64,000 bases of DNA, taken from Paragordius varius (lineage: Eukaryota > Animalia > Nematomorpha). The stretch covers positions 14,880,001 through 14,944,000 of the forward strand of contig OZ176051.1 of assembly GCA_964247055.1 (NCBI GenBank). The letters run 5' to 3'. The position numbers and the translations under genes were made by a program. This document shows positions 37,572-52,498 of this stretch, piece by piece; position 1 is the stretch's first letter; every line of letters starts with the position of its first letter. The notes below the pieces were generated by a model. That model was not told the origin of the DNA. It made no database searches and saw nothing but the letters and a program-made list of their open reading frames with translations.

Positions 37572-40500
37572 TTATTGAATCATTCCAGGATAAGAAATGT
37601 TGGGCCGTTTCTCACATTCCTCTATTAGAGTAGCATTAATGTTATCCAATTTAATTGTGCCAATAAGCATATATTTATTATCATTGAGCTTTAGAGCAAC
37701 CAATTGATTACAAACATCATTAAAGTATCCATTACCTATGCAAAATATTTATAATTAATGCGTGAAAATCAAAAATATTAAATATAATATAAACCACCTC
37801 TCTCATAAGAACACCAAAAAAGGCTTGGCTCATTATCCGCATCCTAAAATCTCTCAAAATTGGTAATGTGTTTGGTTGTTTTAAATATTTTAGAAATCTA
37901 TTGAATAATATTCACAAGCTTTCAAAACAAAATAAAGGTATAGGAAGGAAGATAACATTAGAAGGCGTCGCATGTCATGGTGGCTTAAAATCAGTAAATC
38001 ATCTAACAGCAAAAACCAAACCTAGGGAGGAGCCAAAAGAACCAAATTCACATAAAAGTTACCAAGAAATCATTACAAGATCTTTACAGCAACACCGTAT
38101 AATTGAGAAAAATATTGAAACATACATTGTATTGTTTAAGAGTGAAAACTAAGATAAACCAAATCTCACAAGTTAATTGTTTATATACCAAGTCAAACAT
38201 TGCTTATTTTTGTGTTTCACAAATCTAATAATTAAATATCGTCACATCTCTATAAATAAATATACCTCTCAAATCAATGTTTAATTTTTTCTCCCTGTCT
38301 TTGCTTGAAAGTTTTTCCCAGCCTGGTATGCTGAAAAGGATTGTAATGCTGGCAAAACTGAAACTATTGAAATGTTTAATGATTCCAAAAAATTGAAACT
38401 TATATCTATTCGTTCAATTGTCTGTTTATATGCAGCGCGTGTAAAATCAACGGATCTAATTTCACTATGATGTATTACAAGGGATTTTAAATGCGCCCAT
38501 TTCTCAAATGGTTCCAAGTTTCTAAACCCCGTAACACATTCCAGGCCCAAAACTTCCAAATTATTTTCGGTTTCGAAAAATTCGGGAGTGACCATACAAT
38601 TCCTAAGGAACAAAGAGGTTAGATTTTTAGGGAAAGATTCAGCGGACCTAAGAAAGGTTTTTTGGAGATACGATTTTCCTTCTATGGTTAGGGAGCGAAT
38701 GTTAGGGAATTTTCGCAATATGTCAGAAATATCATCGAAATCTTCCACCACGTGCAAAAGCAATTCTTTCGCGTTCAAATTTTTCGCCGTAAAAGTGTTG
38801 GTGTATGATTTCACTTCTAGTCTTTCCAGTGAAGGCAAATAAGCTTCTATTACATTATCGAATTTTGACTCTAAAATTAAACTCTTTATGGCCGTGTGAT
38901 TGATATGTCCAACTAAACGTACGTTATTAATCAAATCAATAAAGCTACGTTTTGCAACTTTGGAAAGAGATTTAAGAAGGACCAATTGAAATTTTTCTCA
39001 TAACCAAATATTGTAAGTTTGATCGATTTAATCATTGTGTGTGTAGACAATTCCTTTAACAATTCATATGTATAATTAATATTTGCGTGATAATCCCCAA
39101 CACTAACTACTGTTGAATTTTTTTGCCGGACTTAAAAGCCTGAATAGTAGATACAAAAAATATTGCTGAATTGGCTTCTGTTTTAACTATTCTGATCATA
39201 TCACTGATTGATAATACATCCGAACAATTATAATTATTTGTCGATTCTATGTGTATGCATTGAAAATTATAAAATTTACAATAATCCAGGCGCCTTATCA
39301 ACGTTAATATGTGCGTTTTATTGGCAAAATCGTAGATTGAACCATCTCTGTATTTGCAAGCACCAATAAAATTGCAAATTTCACTAATTACATTGGTCAT
39401 ACCCGCACACTTGAGGTTATTCCCGATAACTATATGTAAAAAAAAGTTAAGAAATAAAATTAATTTCTAAATCTTAATAATATTAAAAAAATGATTTAAT
39501 CAAAAAAAGATAGCGAATTGAAAAATCATCATTTATTGAAACATTATTCAATTTCATTGTACTCATTTGGTTGGTAATTTTCTTTAAATATGGTGAGCTA
39601 ATGTCTATGATTTGTAATTGTGGATATTCTTTTAATTCATCAATGTCAAATGTCTCAATAAAATTGTTTGAAATGTTTAAATATTACATATTTAAGAAAT
39701 AAGATTGTTCTTTAAGTGAAACAATATTTTCATTTTCCAAAGGAGGGAATAAATGCGTTATGTTATTATAAGCCAGATTTAAATGTGTAAGATTCCAAAG
39801 TTGTTGCCAAACATCCATATAAATAGCAGAGATTTGATTGTTTTCCAAGTTTAAAGATGAAGATTGCAAACTAGTCAAGTTTATATGTAACAAATGACTA
39901 GCATTTATTTGACCGTTCAATTTAAATACCAAATTTAGACTTTGTAACTTAGAACAAAATTGGTATTTTTCGTTCATTTTCTCCAATTCTATCTGATTAT
40001 AACTTAGGTTAAGAGCTTTTAGGCTGGGACTACACACATCAGTCCAACTACTTAATTTATTACCAGATAAATCCAATGTTTCTATGTTATGCGTTGCATT
40101 GAATCCCCCAATGACTACGTTTTTTAGATTCTTTCCAACTTTTAAATATTTTAAAGAAGGTGGAATATTCTGTAAATTAATTGTCTCCAAATTGCTAGAT
40201 AATAAAGTAAGATTAATCAGTTTCATTAAATTCCCTAAATTGGTTAATGATTGCGATGACAAATTTGTATGACCATTCATCTCCAAACTTTTTAGTGATG
40301 ATGAAAAGTATTTTATTTGGCTTAAATCAAACGGTGTTTGCACATTTATTGATAAGAAGGTTAGGTTAGATTGGGACCCCAAATGTCTGAATAATTGTTC
40401 CAATGCAGATTTAGATATTGATTTGTCTACTTGATTAATTTCCAAGCGGTTTAAATTGGGCAATGACATGTCCCCCGTAGTATTAACACTTTTAATTCGA

Positions 40501-40906
40501 ACATTATCCAACTTTAATGCTCTTATCCATGTTACTTTTATATCGTTCAAGTTTAGCATTTCAAAATCGCAATTTATGAAGGTTAAATCAAAAAACTTAT
40601 CTTAGAATCAAACATATCCTTATTATACCCAGACATTGATCCTGAACCACTGTGGTGAATTTGTTCTTCATCGTCGATCGGATAAAAATTTCGATGCGAA
40701 TATAATTTCGCTAATTCTTCCAATTTAACTTTTAACATTTCCAATTGTCTGTCTCCCATGTTTTTGCATTTTATTTGGCTTAATTTACATTCACATGGAT
40801 TGGTTATATTGAGGCACCAATCATGAAAAACTTTGTTCGGAATGACTTCCGTGTGTGCTTTAATAAACGGACAAGCGCAGAAAAAAAGTATTATAGGTAA
40901 ATGCAT
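37572..40906 (-). pseudogene. LRR paralog B, array copy 2
   Basis: Same ORFs and lesions as copy 1; one substitution seen at 39376 (G to C in ISEIGNF/ISEICNF). Confidence 0.85.
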
Positions 40907-43309
40907 TTCACGTTTTTAACGAAAAAAAATTTAATGATAAAATAGAGTTATAAACTGCTAAAAATTTCTTTATTAATCGAAAATGAAGATTGTGTAATTC
41001 AGCGAATTGTTATTTACTAGCCTTATACGCAAGTTACATATAATAACTAGTAAATATAAGATATTACAACGAAAATAAATGATTAATATCTTCGAAATTT
41101 TATAATTAGAAATATAAATAAACAACCTACAGAGTTTACTTAATCGTTTCTAATGCATGCTACCTCTTTATAAAATAAACTTTTTTCGTGATATTTTTAT
41201 TTTTTAGACGCACCTAGTTGATTGTAAAGATACAATTAGAAATTGATATTATCCTAATTAAGTAAAGTTATCTAGCCCAAAACTATTATATTTATATGAT
41301 TTATTGTGTTAAATTACAATAAATTATACTAAGAAAATGTAATTACTTAAATACAAATATTTTTTTTAAAAGCTCTTTAAACCTTAATCCTTTTTAATAA
41401 ATTATATAATTTGTGAATTTTATAAATTAGCAATTTAAACGTTTTTTGCAAAAAATATTTAGCGTTATTACATTTATATATATATATATATATATATATA
41501 AATCTTTAAATTGTATTGTTTCAGTATTGATGAAGTTAAATAAAATCAGGGCTATAAAAGGTATAAACGCCCACGTGTTGTCTGAAGGTAAAACATTTCA
41601 TAACACTAAAAGTCTGAGTTAAGTTAAACAATAACCTTCAAATATTGTATAGACTATTAGTTATATATATTGCTCATATTAATTAAAATAAATTTACCAA
41701 ATCAGTAGATAACAATAACAAATGAAATACAAAACTCTATTAACTAAAAAATTTAAAAATAGAAAACATTTACCTTAGTTTACTAAACAACATTATTATA
41801 AAGATGCATTTATTAACTTGAATTTGTCTAGCGTTTTAAATCTACAAGTAGATTAAAGTTTATCAATATGCTAGATTAAATGAATTTTGGATTTCTAATC
41901 TTTGATAACAAACGTAACAATAAAATTGAATACAAGTTTTTTGAAATATGATATTGTGAGTAAGTTAATTTTTCCTGAATATTTTAAAAATTAAAACTCC
42001 AATAAATTTGCTATATTGAACAATATTATTGTGATGCCCCTACAATTTTAGATACAGTTACAAGAGTTATAATTAACCATTTCATTCTATTTAGCTAAAG
42101 CGGTTTTTTAATTTTAATAAAATTTATATCTTCTGGCGCTCTTGTATTTCGTCTCGACAGTTTTATTTAATATATCACTAATAAAATAATGGCAACATAA
42201 ATATGGCCTATAGTAGCATTCGTTACTATGTATAATGAATCATACGATAGCCAATTCTTTTGGTTATATAGTTTAAAATGCCTTATACTATAGCTAAATT
42301 AACCATATCTACTTCATTTTCAAATACAAGTTCTTTATTGACTCAATTTTAGGTAAATGTAGATTAATAAATGTATTCATCGCTTTTTGTCAAAGTCTTT
42401 GGAGAATTAGCCTTAGTAAAATTAATAGGATAATATAAATGCCAAACATATAGATATTGAAAATATCCAAAACCATTTAAGAAAGGACAATATAAATCAA
42501 CCATTAGCTATAGATATGAGGTTAGTATTTCGATTATAATATATATTTATTTTAGACGCAAAAAGTATCTAAAAATTTTGTACTTTATTAATCGAAAATA
42601 ACGATTGTGTAATTCAGCGAATTGTTATTAAATAACCTTATACGCAGGTTAGATATAATAACAAAATTTTGTAAATGAAAGAATTACAACGAAAATAAAT
42701 GATTGATTTCTTGGAGATTTTATAATTAGAAATAACAACCTATTGAGTTTACTCAATTGTTTATTATGCTGCTACCTTTTATAGAATATCTTTTTTTTGT
42801 TATACTTTTATTTTTTTCGCACCTAGTTAATTGTAAAGATACAATTAGAAATTGGTATTATCCTAATTAAGCGTATAAAGTTATCCGACCCAAAACTATT
42901 ATTGTATGATTTATTGTGTTAAATTACAATAAAATTAAAATTATACTGAGTAAATGTAATTATTTATATGTAATTATTTTTATTAAAGTACTCTTTAAAC
43001 CTTAATCTTTTTTAAATTATATAATTAAAATTGTGAATTTATAAATTAGCAATTTAAACGTTTTTTGCAAAAAATATTTAGCGTATACTATTACATTTAT
43101 TATGTATATTTTAAATTGTATTGTTTACGTGTTGTCTGAAGGTAAAACATTTCATAATATTTAACACGTTTTTGAAGGTTTGAGTTATATAAAAAAATAA
43201 AATCAAATATTGTATAGACTATTAGTTATATATATTGCTCATATTAAGTAAAATAAATTTACCATATCTGGAGAATTACAATAACATATGAAATACAAAA
43301 CTCTATTTA

Positions 43310-43886
43310 CACTTCGATTTAAATTGGGGTATCTAAATACCCCAGACTAAATTTAAATTAAAATTTTTAAAAAACACTGAAGGAAACGGTCCCAATTAAA
43401 ATTTATGCTTCTATCCGGATAAATATTATATAAATATGCCAAAATATCTTGATAAAATTTTGTTTTGAAAAAAAGTTCCACCTCAAACTACTTCGACGCC
43501 ATTTTTATTTTACAAAAATTTTGCAAAATATCGTCTTCATTTAATTTTAAGGGTAAAACTAAAGCTTATTTTTTTTATAAATTACATCTAACATTGATAG
43601 TAATAGAAAAAGCGTTTTATTTTGTATTATTTTTTTATTTTATAATTTGACACATGTCACGTTGACTAAATTTTTACCTGTCAGTTTTAGCTCAAAAAAG
43701 GTAATATCAAGTATTTTTAAATAAAATTTTTTATATATTTCGGTTTATAAATGTTATATAAGAGCAACATTTTGCCATGGTTTCGATTGCTTCCATACAT
43801 TTTAGACTACTTAATTTTAAACAGGCCTGGGGTATCCAACTACCCCAATTTAAATAGGACTAAAATGAGTGTGTTGTATCCAAGTG
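43310..43886. mobile_element. CAC..GTG MITE, unit 3
   Basis: Appears identical to 20195-20771. Confidence 0.8.
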
Positions 43887-44249
43887 TTAACTAAAAAATT
43901 TAAAAATAGAAAACATTTACCTTAGTTTACTAAACAACATTATTATAAAGATGCATTTATTAACTTGAAATGTAAAAAATATAAAGATATTATGTATACA
44001 AAATAATAATTAGTCAAGACAAAATGAATTTTGGATTACTATAACTAATCTCAAACGTAACAATAAAACTGGAATACAAGAATCAAAACTCCAATAATTA
44101 ATATTGAATAATACTCTGTGATTTAAAATACAGTTACAAGAGTTATTAACCATTTCGGGATTATGATTAGCTAAAGCGGTTTTTTCATTTTAATAGTTTC
44201 TTCAGCGCTATTGTATTTCGTCTCGACAGTTTTATTTAATATGTCACTA

Positions 44250-45828
44250 TGAATCTTGAAATACAATGATACTTTATTAAAAATTTCGTGATATTTATAC
44301 TTTTTTATTAATGATAATTTTAACATGCATGTGCGTCACAATTGTAACAATATGTCTTTTCTTCTACGAATATATATATAAGAATTCCATAATGACTCAC
44401 GAACATAAACGCCAAACGTTATTAATATAATAATATGATGTAAGATAAAAATACAATGATGCAATGTTGTAAATTCAACTACATATCACTCTCTTCCTCC
44501 TCTAAAAAACGCTTAGGAGGTTTGCGGAGGTAACGCCTGGGGGCCTCACTCTGCTCACCATCCGACCTCAGTTGATCGGCATGTTTCCTCATCTCTATTC
44601 CATCTTCATCCTTTACTTCGTACGATAACGGCCCCGTCCTTACTTCAACCGTACCCGGTCGCCATCCTCTAGATATCTCGTTCTTTATAAATATTGACTG
44701 ACAAGGTGTAAATTCTCTTAAGGGTCTCGGTGGTGTACTTACTTTAGGAGTTTCTTTATCTTGGAACCAATTCAACGGTGTGTTGATGTTCCGCTTTAAA
44801 AACAACGATGCGGGGGTCGTCTTTATCTCGTATGCCATGAATTTCGATAGGCCAATAAAACATTTAAAGCCTCTTGACTCTTCACGCCAGTCATCATCGT
44901 AAAACGAAATTTTGATTTCAACGTATAAATCATTCTTTCCACTGAACCATTTGTCCTTGGGTGGTAAGGAGCAGATGTCACATGATTAACGTTCCAGTTT
45001 GTCATCTTTTCCCGAAAATTGAACCATTTGAAAAAAGTAGCATTATCAGATACTAGCATTCTTGGAAAACCATTTCTCCAATTGTTTCAAAATCACATCA
45101 GATGTAGTACTGCTAAGTATCCACCTCCTCCCATCTTGAGAACGCGTCAATTAAAATCAAGCAATATATACCACACATGAGACCTGCGATGTCCACATGA
45201 AGTCTTTCCCATATTTCCACATTGAAGTCCATTTATATACCGGATTCTCAGCAACGTTCGCCCTGTTCCTCTGACAACACTGACAGTCTGTACTAACTTT
45301 TCAATGTTCTTATCCATTCCGGGCCAAAACACCAACGACCTTGTTTTTCATAGCAACGATCCCCGGATGTCCTTCATGAAACCAAGCCAAAATTCGTCTT
45401 CGCGCAGCTGTTGGGATAACCAACCGATCACCAACATATACGAAACCATCGGCTTGTTTGAGATCATTTCTAACGGCTTTGAATGCGGATAATTCCGTTG
45501 ACCAATCATTATTTTTAAATGCCATACCTAGTCGTTTTAACAGTTTACTCCAAACAATCTTTTTTTATTTGTTTTAAATCCACGAATGCGATTTGTCGGA
45601 TTTTTTCGGCCACATATTCATCATCATTGTCTACGGATGTCTGACTCTTTTCGGGAATTCTTGAAAACACATCGGCCATGTTTGTCGATTCCACAATATA
45701 TTTCATATCAAAATCATACGCTGCGGCCTTGTAGATCCATGTTAACAATTTACAGTTTCTAATATAACTTCCGATTGTTCCGAATAAATGAATTATCGCC
45801 TTATAATCTAACCAAACCTCACATACAG

Positions 45829-45891
<63 letters not shown>

Positions 45892-47764
45892 ATTTTTCTA
45901 ACCCAAATAGCAAAGCCTTAGTTTCTAATTCAATCACAGAATAATTTTTTTCTGCATTCTGGCATTTTCTTGATGCGAATGCAATTGGTACCATTCTCTC
46001 TCCATTAGCAGAATTACAATTCCAAAGACTTTTGTAGACGTATCTTGTATTATTGTTTTATTATTTATGTTATAAGTGGCAAGTAAAGATTCTCTTGATA
46101 TTAGTTTTTTGCTTGCTTAAATTCATTTTGATCTTGTGACCATCTCCATTCCTTTTTGGATCCTGTTAGTGCATGTAGATTACTAACCTTGACATGTATT
46201 CATAATTGAGCAATCCCAAAAAGGATCTTAACTCAGTTTTATTAGTAGGTGTTGCACATTTAGTAATGGCGTCGATTTTATCTTGTACAGGGCGAATTCC
46301 CTATTTGATAACTCAAAACCCTAAAATTTAATATTCTTCTGATGGAATTATAATTTATCTTTTCTTAACGTAAACCCGCATTTTTGTAACCTTGTTAGGG
46401 TCTCGCTAAGATTTTTATTATGTTCATCTTTCGTTTTACCAACAATCAAAACATCTACGAGATAAGCCATTGTGCCTCGGCAATCTTTGAGTACCTCATC
46501 CATTATTCTCTGGAAAAGGATGGGAGAAACCTTTAATCCAAATGATAGGCGATTAAATTGGAAATATCCCATCGGGGTAGTAATAACTAAATATTTTTTA
46601 CTTTCCACATCCACCGGAATTTGAAGGTATGCGCTCTTTAAATCAATGGACGAGAACCATGTGGATCCCGCACATTTAGACGCGATCGTGTCAAATGTTG
46701 GGATAATCTGAGATATGTTCTCCATCAAAGAATTGATAGTTACCCGGAAATCAGCGCACACCCTAATTTCCCCATTAGTTTTTACGACGTTAACCGTAGG
46801 AGTCGCCCATTCCACATGGTTTGTGTAGGATCAACGGGACTCACTATTCCCAGGTCCATCAGTCTCACTCTGTATTACCAATGGAATTCGCCGTGCAGCA
46901 CAATCTTTTGGTATTGCATCTGATCGGACATATTGACGAGATCACCGTTGTAACAACCCAATTTCCCGTTAAAGAGTTTTGGAAATCGCTTGAATACATC
47001 ATCATGACCATTATTATTATTAGATGTTACTTGATTAACTTTCACGTTATCCGGTAAGGTCATGCCAAAACCAATGATCCAAGGCAGCCCAAATATCGGA
47101 GATAGCTCTTCTTCCGTCACAAAACATTCTAATTTCTTCGTAATATTTCCCATTGTTACTTTGACAACTGTTTTTCCCAAGAGTTTGATTGGGTTGTGCC
47201 GTAGGAAGTTAATCTGGGAGCACTCTTGGTGCTCCCACCGTCTTCCAGACATTTTTATTAATCAGAGAAGCAGCAGCTCCAGTATCGAAAACCATACTGA
47301 CAGCTTGGCCATAAATCGTAGCGCAAATGTTCGCTTGTGTGCCCCATTTATTATAATTAGCGTTTATATTCTCACTATATCGTTTTTTATGGCGACACAT
47401 TGCCTGAAAATGATTTTTTTATTACAATTGTGGTATATTTTTCCGAACGCGGGACATTGTTTTGGTATATGCGATTTACCACATTTGCCACATCTCCGCT
47501 TCCATTTCCATTCATTATTATTGCCATCATCTTCTTTATGTTCCATATCATTTCTATTATTATTATTATTATTAATTAGTATTATTATTATAATTCGACC
47601 GATTCTTTTAAATTTTGAGGAAATGCTTGACGACGCATGGGAGGCAATGGCCCTTGCAAGTTCTTGATCCAAGCCATGTCGACAATGGTGGTTAATGACA
47701 CCGCCTTCCCACCACACTTCGCATCAGGGAATTGTGATAAAGATCCATTTAGCATATATTCAAA
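44250..47764 (-). mobile_element. 5'-truncated Gypsy, unit 3 (LTR 44250-44488)
   Basis: Same fragments. Private 9-bp deletion after 44528. (AT)28 at 45832-45887. Confidence 0.92.
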
Positions 47765-49163
47765 ATTTTATCTAGCGCGAGCTCTGCATTTTTGCGTTTT
47801 AAGAAAATTAGGCTATTTTAGAATGGGTTTTTCGGAGCCCACTCAAAAAATTTAGAAAAAATTTTCTTTTTTAATGTAGTTTATGATAAATTATATGACA
47901 ATTTTTAGAATAAGCCATTTAGCTTTCATCCAAAAAATTTTATTTTACAAAAATGTGGGCAAACTTTGCCATCATCTAATATGGAGCACTTGCCAGAAAA
48001 GTGTAATATATCATCAAGATATTTATTATTCCCGATTTTGTACACAGTGTATAAATACATTTTATTGAAAATTATGTAATGTGCAACTAAAAGGTTAAAA
48101 AAGCAACTTTTTGAATTTGACCTAATACCCTAAATACTTGTAAAAATACTCAAATTTCAAATCGATAGGGTATATAAAATCACCCCAAAAAGTCATAAAG
48201 TATTTATACAATAATGTTTTAAGTTTTCCACACATCTATTTAGTTATCTAGAAATTTTCTGATGTCCAAATGTATTGTTTTCTTCCAGATATAATTCGGG
48301 AGACCTTTGCGGGTTTTCCTAGTAGGAGTGAACAGCTTCATGTGACCCATTTAAATTAATTATGAATGAGAAATTTTTGTTTTAGTTGTAACCATGTCAA
48401 ACGCATTTATCATTTTGGTGAGGACGTTAGCCATTTAAAATTGTTAGATACTCGAGGGAGTTGACTTTTCTAACGTTTGTATTTTGTGAGCCCATAACTT
48501 GCATTTTATTGGATAAGTCTTGACTTCTTTGTTCCATATGGCGCTTGGATATTCGGGTAGATAATTATCTTTGTCCTATTTAATATAGTTCATGATACTG
48601 ATTTAGGTGGCTTTTACAAGTTTAAATTTTCATCCGCAAAAATAATTCCGAAGGAAATAAATACGACGTGGAGAAAATATTCAATTTGGAGAGAATAGCG
48701 GTGCCGTACAAGGTAAAAGATGGAAATCGATGCCTTCTCAGATCAATTACGGCCGACTGGCGTTTCGAGGGGTGGAGAGGAGAATGATTGTGGTCCAACG
48801 ATAAACCAACCGATGTGTGCAATATAACAACCAATAATCGGAAAGTGAGGGACTAACAAGGCAAAGCAAAGGAAAGCGAGAAAGAACCAAAAAAGAGAAT
48901 TTAATATATCCTATTGTTTGGCGAGTGACCTCAAGGGAGAAATCCATTAGCCTACACAAAAAATTAATGACTATATTTTAGTTTTTGCATTTTGAACAAA
49001 TGTATTATATATGTGACAAGATCTAACAACGATTTTGATTTAAGTCTCTAAGGGCAATAATATAGAATGCCAATATTTATTTTTTCAAACACCCCCACTT
49101 AAAATATTTATTATTCCCAACACCCAATAACAACATTAAAACATGTTAAAACATTTTTTATTA

Positions 49164-52100
49164 TTATTGAATCATTCCAGGATAAGAAATGTTGGGCCGT
49201 TTCTCACATTCCTCTATTAGAGTAGCATTAATGTTATCCAATTTAATTGTGCCAATAAGCATATATTTATTATCATTGAGCTTTAGAGCAACCAATTGAT
49301 TACAAACATCATTAAAGTATCCATTACCTATGCAAAATATTTATAATTAATGCGTGAAAATCAAAAATATTAAATATAATATAAACCACCTCTCTCATAA
49401 GAACACCAAAAAAGGCTTGGCTCATTATCCGCATCCTAAAATCTCTCAAAATTGGTAATGTGTTTGGTTGTTTTAAATATTTTAGAAATCTATTGAATAA
49501 TATTCACAAGCTTTCAAAACAAAATAAAGGTATAGGAAGGAAGATAACATTAGAAGGCGTCGCATGTCATGGTGGCTTAAAATCAGTAAATCATCTAACA
49601 GCAAAAACCAAACCTAGGGAGGAGCCAAAAGAACCAAATTCACATAAAAGTTACCAAGAAATCATTACAAGATCTTTACAGCAACACCGTATAATTGAGA
49701 AAAATATTGAAACATACATTGTATTGTTTAAGAGTGAAAACTAAGATAAACCAAATCTCACAAGTTAATTGTTTATATACCAAGTCAAACATTGCTTATT
49801 TTTGTGTTTCACAAATCTAATAATTAAATATCGTCACATCTCTATAAATAAATATACCTCTCAAATCAATGTTTAATTTTTTCTCCCTGTCTTTGCTTGA
49901 AAGTTTTTCCCAGCCTGGTATGCTGAAAAGGATTGTAATGCTGGCAAAACTGAAACTATTGAAATGTTTAATGATTCCAAAAAATTGAAACTTATATCTA
50001 TTCGTTCAATTGTCTGTTTATATGCAGCGCGTGTAAAATCAACGGATCTAATTTCACTATGATGTATTACAAGGGATTTTAAATGCGCCCATTTCTCAAA
50101 TGGTTCCAAGTTTCTAAACCCCGTAACACATTCCAGGCCCAAAACTTCCAAATTATTTTCGGTTTCGAAAAATTCGGGAGTGACCATACAATTCCTAAGG
50201 AACAAAGAGGTTAGATTTTTAGGGAAAGATTCAGCGGACCTAAGAAAGGTTTTTTGGAGATACGATTTTCCTTCTATGGTTAGGGAGCGAATGTTAGGGA
50301 ATTTTCGCAATATGTCAGAAATATCATCGAAATCTTCCACCACGTGCAAAAGCAATTCTTTCGCGTTCAAATTTTTCGCCGTAAAAGTGTTGGTGTATGA
50401 TTTCACTTCTAGTCTTTCCAGTGAAGGCAAATAAGCTTCTATTACATTATCGAATTTTGACTCTAAAATTAAACTCTTTATGGCCGTGTGATTGATATGT
50501 CCAACTAAACGTACGTTATTAATCAAATCAATAAAGCTACGTTTTGCAACTTTGGAAAGAGATTTAAGAAGGACCAATTGAAATTTTTCTCATAACCAAA
50601 TATTGTAAGTTTGATCGATTTAATCATTGTGTGTGTAGACAATTCCTTTAACAATTCATATGTATAATTAATATTTGCGTGATAATCCCCAACACTAACT
50701 ACTGTTGAATTTTTTTGCCGGACTTAAAAGCCTGAATAGTAGATACAAAAAATATTGCTGAATTGGCTTCTGTTTTAACTATTCTGATCATATCACTGAT
50801 TGATAATACATCCGAACAATTATAATTATTTGTCGATTCTATGTGTATGCATTGAAAATTATAAAATTTACAATAATCCAGGCGCCTTATCAACGTTAAT
50901 ATGTGCGTTTTATTGGCAAAATCGTAGATTGAACCATCTCTGTATTTGCAAGCACCAATAAAATTGCCAATTTCACTAATTACATTGGTCATACCCGCAC
51001 ACTTGAGGTTATTCCCGATAACTATATGTAAAAAAAAGTTAAGAAATAAAATTAATTTCTAAATCTTAATAATATTAAAAAAATGATTTAATCAAAAAAA
51101 GATAGCGAATTGAAAAATCATCATTTATTGAAACATTATTCAATTTCATTGTACTCATTTGGTTGGTAATTTTCTTTAAATATGGTGAGCTAATGTCTAT
51201 GATTTGTAATTGTGGATATTCTTTTAATTCATCAATGTCAAATGTCTCAATAAAATTGTTTGAAATGTTTAAATATTACATATTTAAGAAATAAGATTGT
51301 TCTTTAAGTGAAACAATATTTTCATTTTCCAAAGGAGGGAATAAATGCGTTATGTTATTATAAGCCAGATTTAAATGTGTAAGATTCCAAAGTTGTTGCC
51401 AAACATCCATATAAATAGCAGAGATTTGATTGTTTTCCAAGTTTAAAGATGAAGATTGCAAACTAGTCAAGTTTATATGTAACAAATGACTAGCATTTAT
51501 TTGACCGTTCAATTTAAATACCAAATTTAGACTTTGTAACTTAGAACAAAATTGGTATTTTTCGTTCATTTTCTCCAATTCTATCTGATTATAACTTAGG
51601 TTAAGAGCTTTTAGGCTGGGACTACACACATCAGTCCAACTACTTAATTTATTACCAGATAAATCCAATGTTTCTATGTTATGCGTTGCATTGAATCCCC
51701 CAATGACTACGTTTTTTAGATTCTTTCCAACTTTTAAATATTTTAAAGAAGGTGGAATATTCTGTAAATTAATTGTCTCCAAATTGCTAGATAATAAAGT
51801 AAGATTAATCAGTTTCATTAAATTCCCTAAATTGGTTAATGATTGCGATGACAAATTTGTATGACCATTCATCTCCAAACTTTTTAGTGATGATGAAAAG
51901 TATTTTATTTGGCTTAAATCAAACGGTGTTTGCACATTTATTGATAAGAAGGTTAGGTTAGATTGGGACCCCAAATGTCTGAATAATTGTTCCAATGCAG
52001 ATTTAGATATTGATTTGTCTACTTGATTAATTTCCAAGCGGTTTAAATTGGGCAATGACATGTCCCCCGTAGTATTAACACTTTTAATTCGAACATTATC

Positions 52101-52498
52101 CAACTTTAATGCTCTTATCCATGTTACTTTTATATCGTTCAAGTTTAGCATTTCAAAATCGCAATTTATGAAGGTTAAATCAAAAAACTTATCTTAGAAT
52201 CAAACATATCCTTATTATACCCAGACATTGATCCTGAACCACTGTGGTGAATTTGTTCTTCATCGTCGATCGGATAAAAATTTCGATGCGAATATAATTT
52301 CGCTAATTCTTCCAATTTAACTTTTAACATTTCCAATTGTCTGTCTCCCATGTTTTTGCATTTTATTTGGCTTAATTTACATTCACATGGATTGGTTATA
52401 TTGAGGCACCAATCATGAAAAACTTTGTTCGGAATGACTTCCGTGTGTGCTTTAATAAACGGACAAGCGCAGAAAAAAAGTATTATAGGTAAATGCAT
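49164..52498 (-). pseudogene. LRR paralog B, array copy 3
   Basis: ORFs 52175-52498, 51276-52151, 50699-50992 and 49873-50577 are identical in translation to copy 1. Confidence 0.85.
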
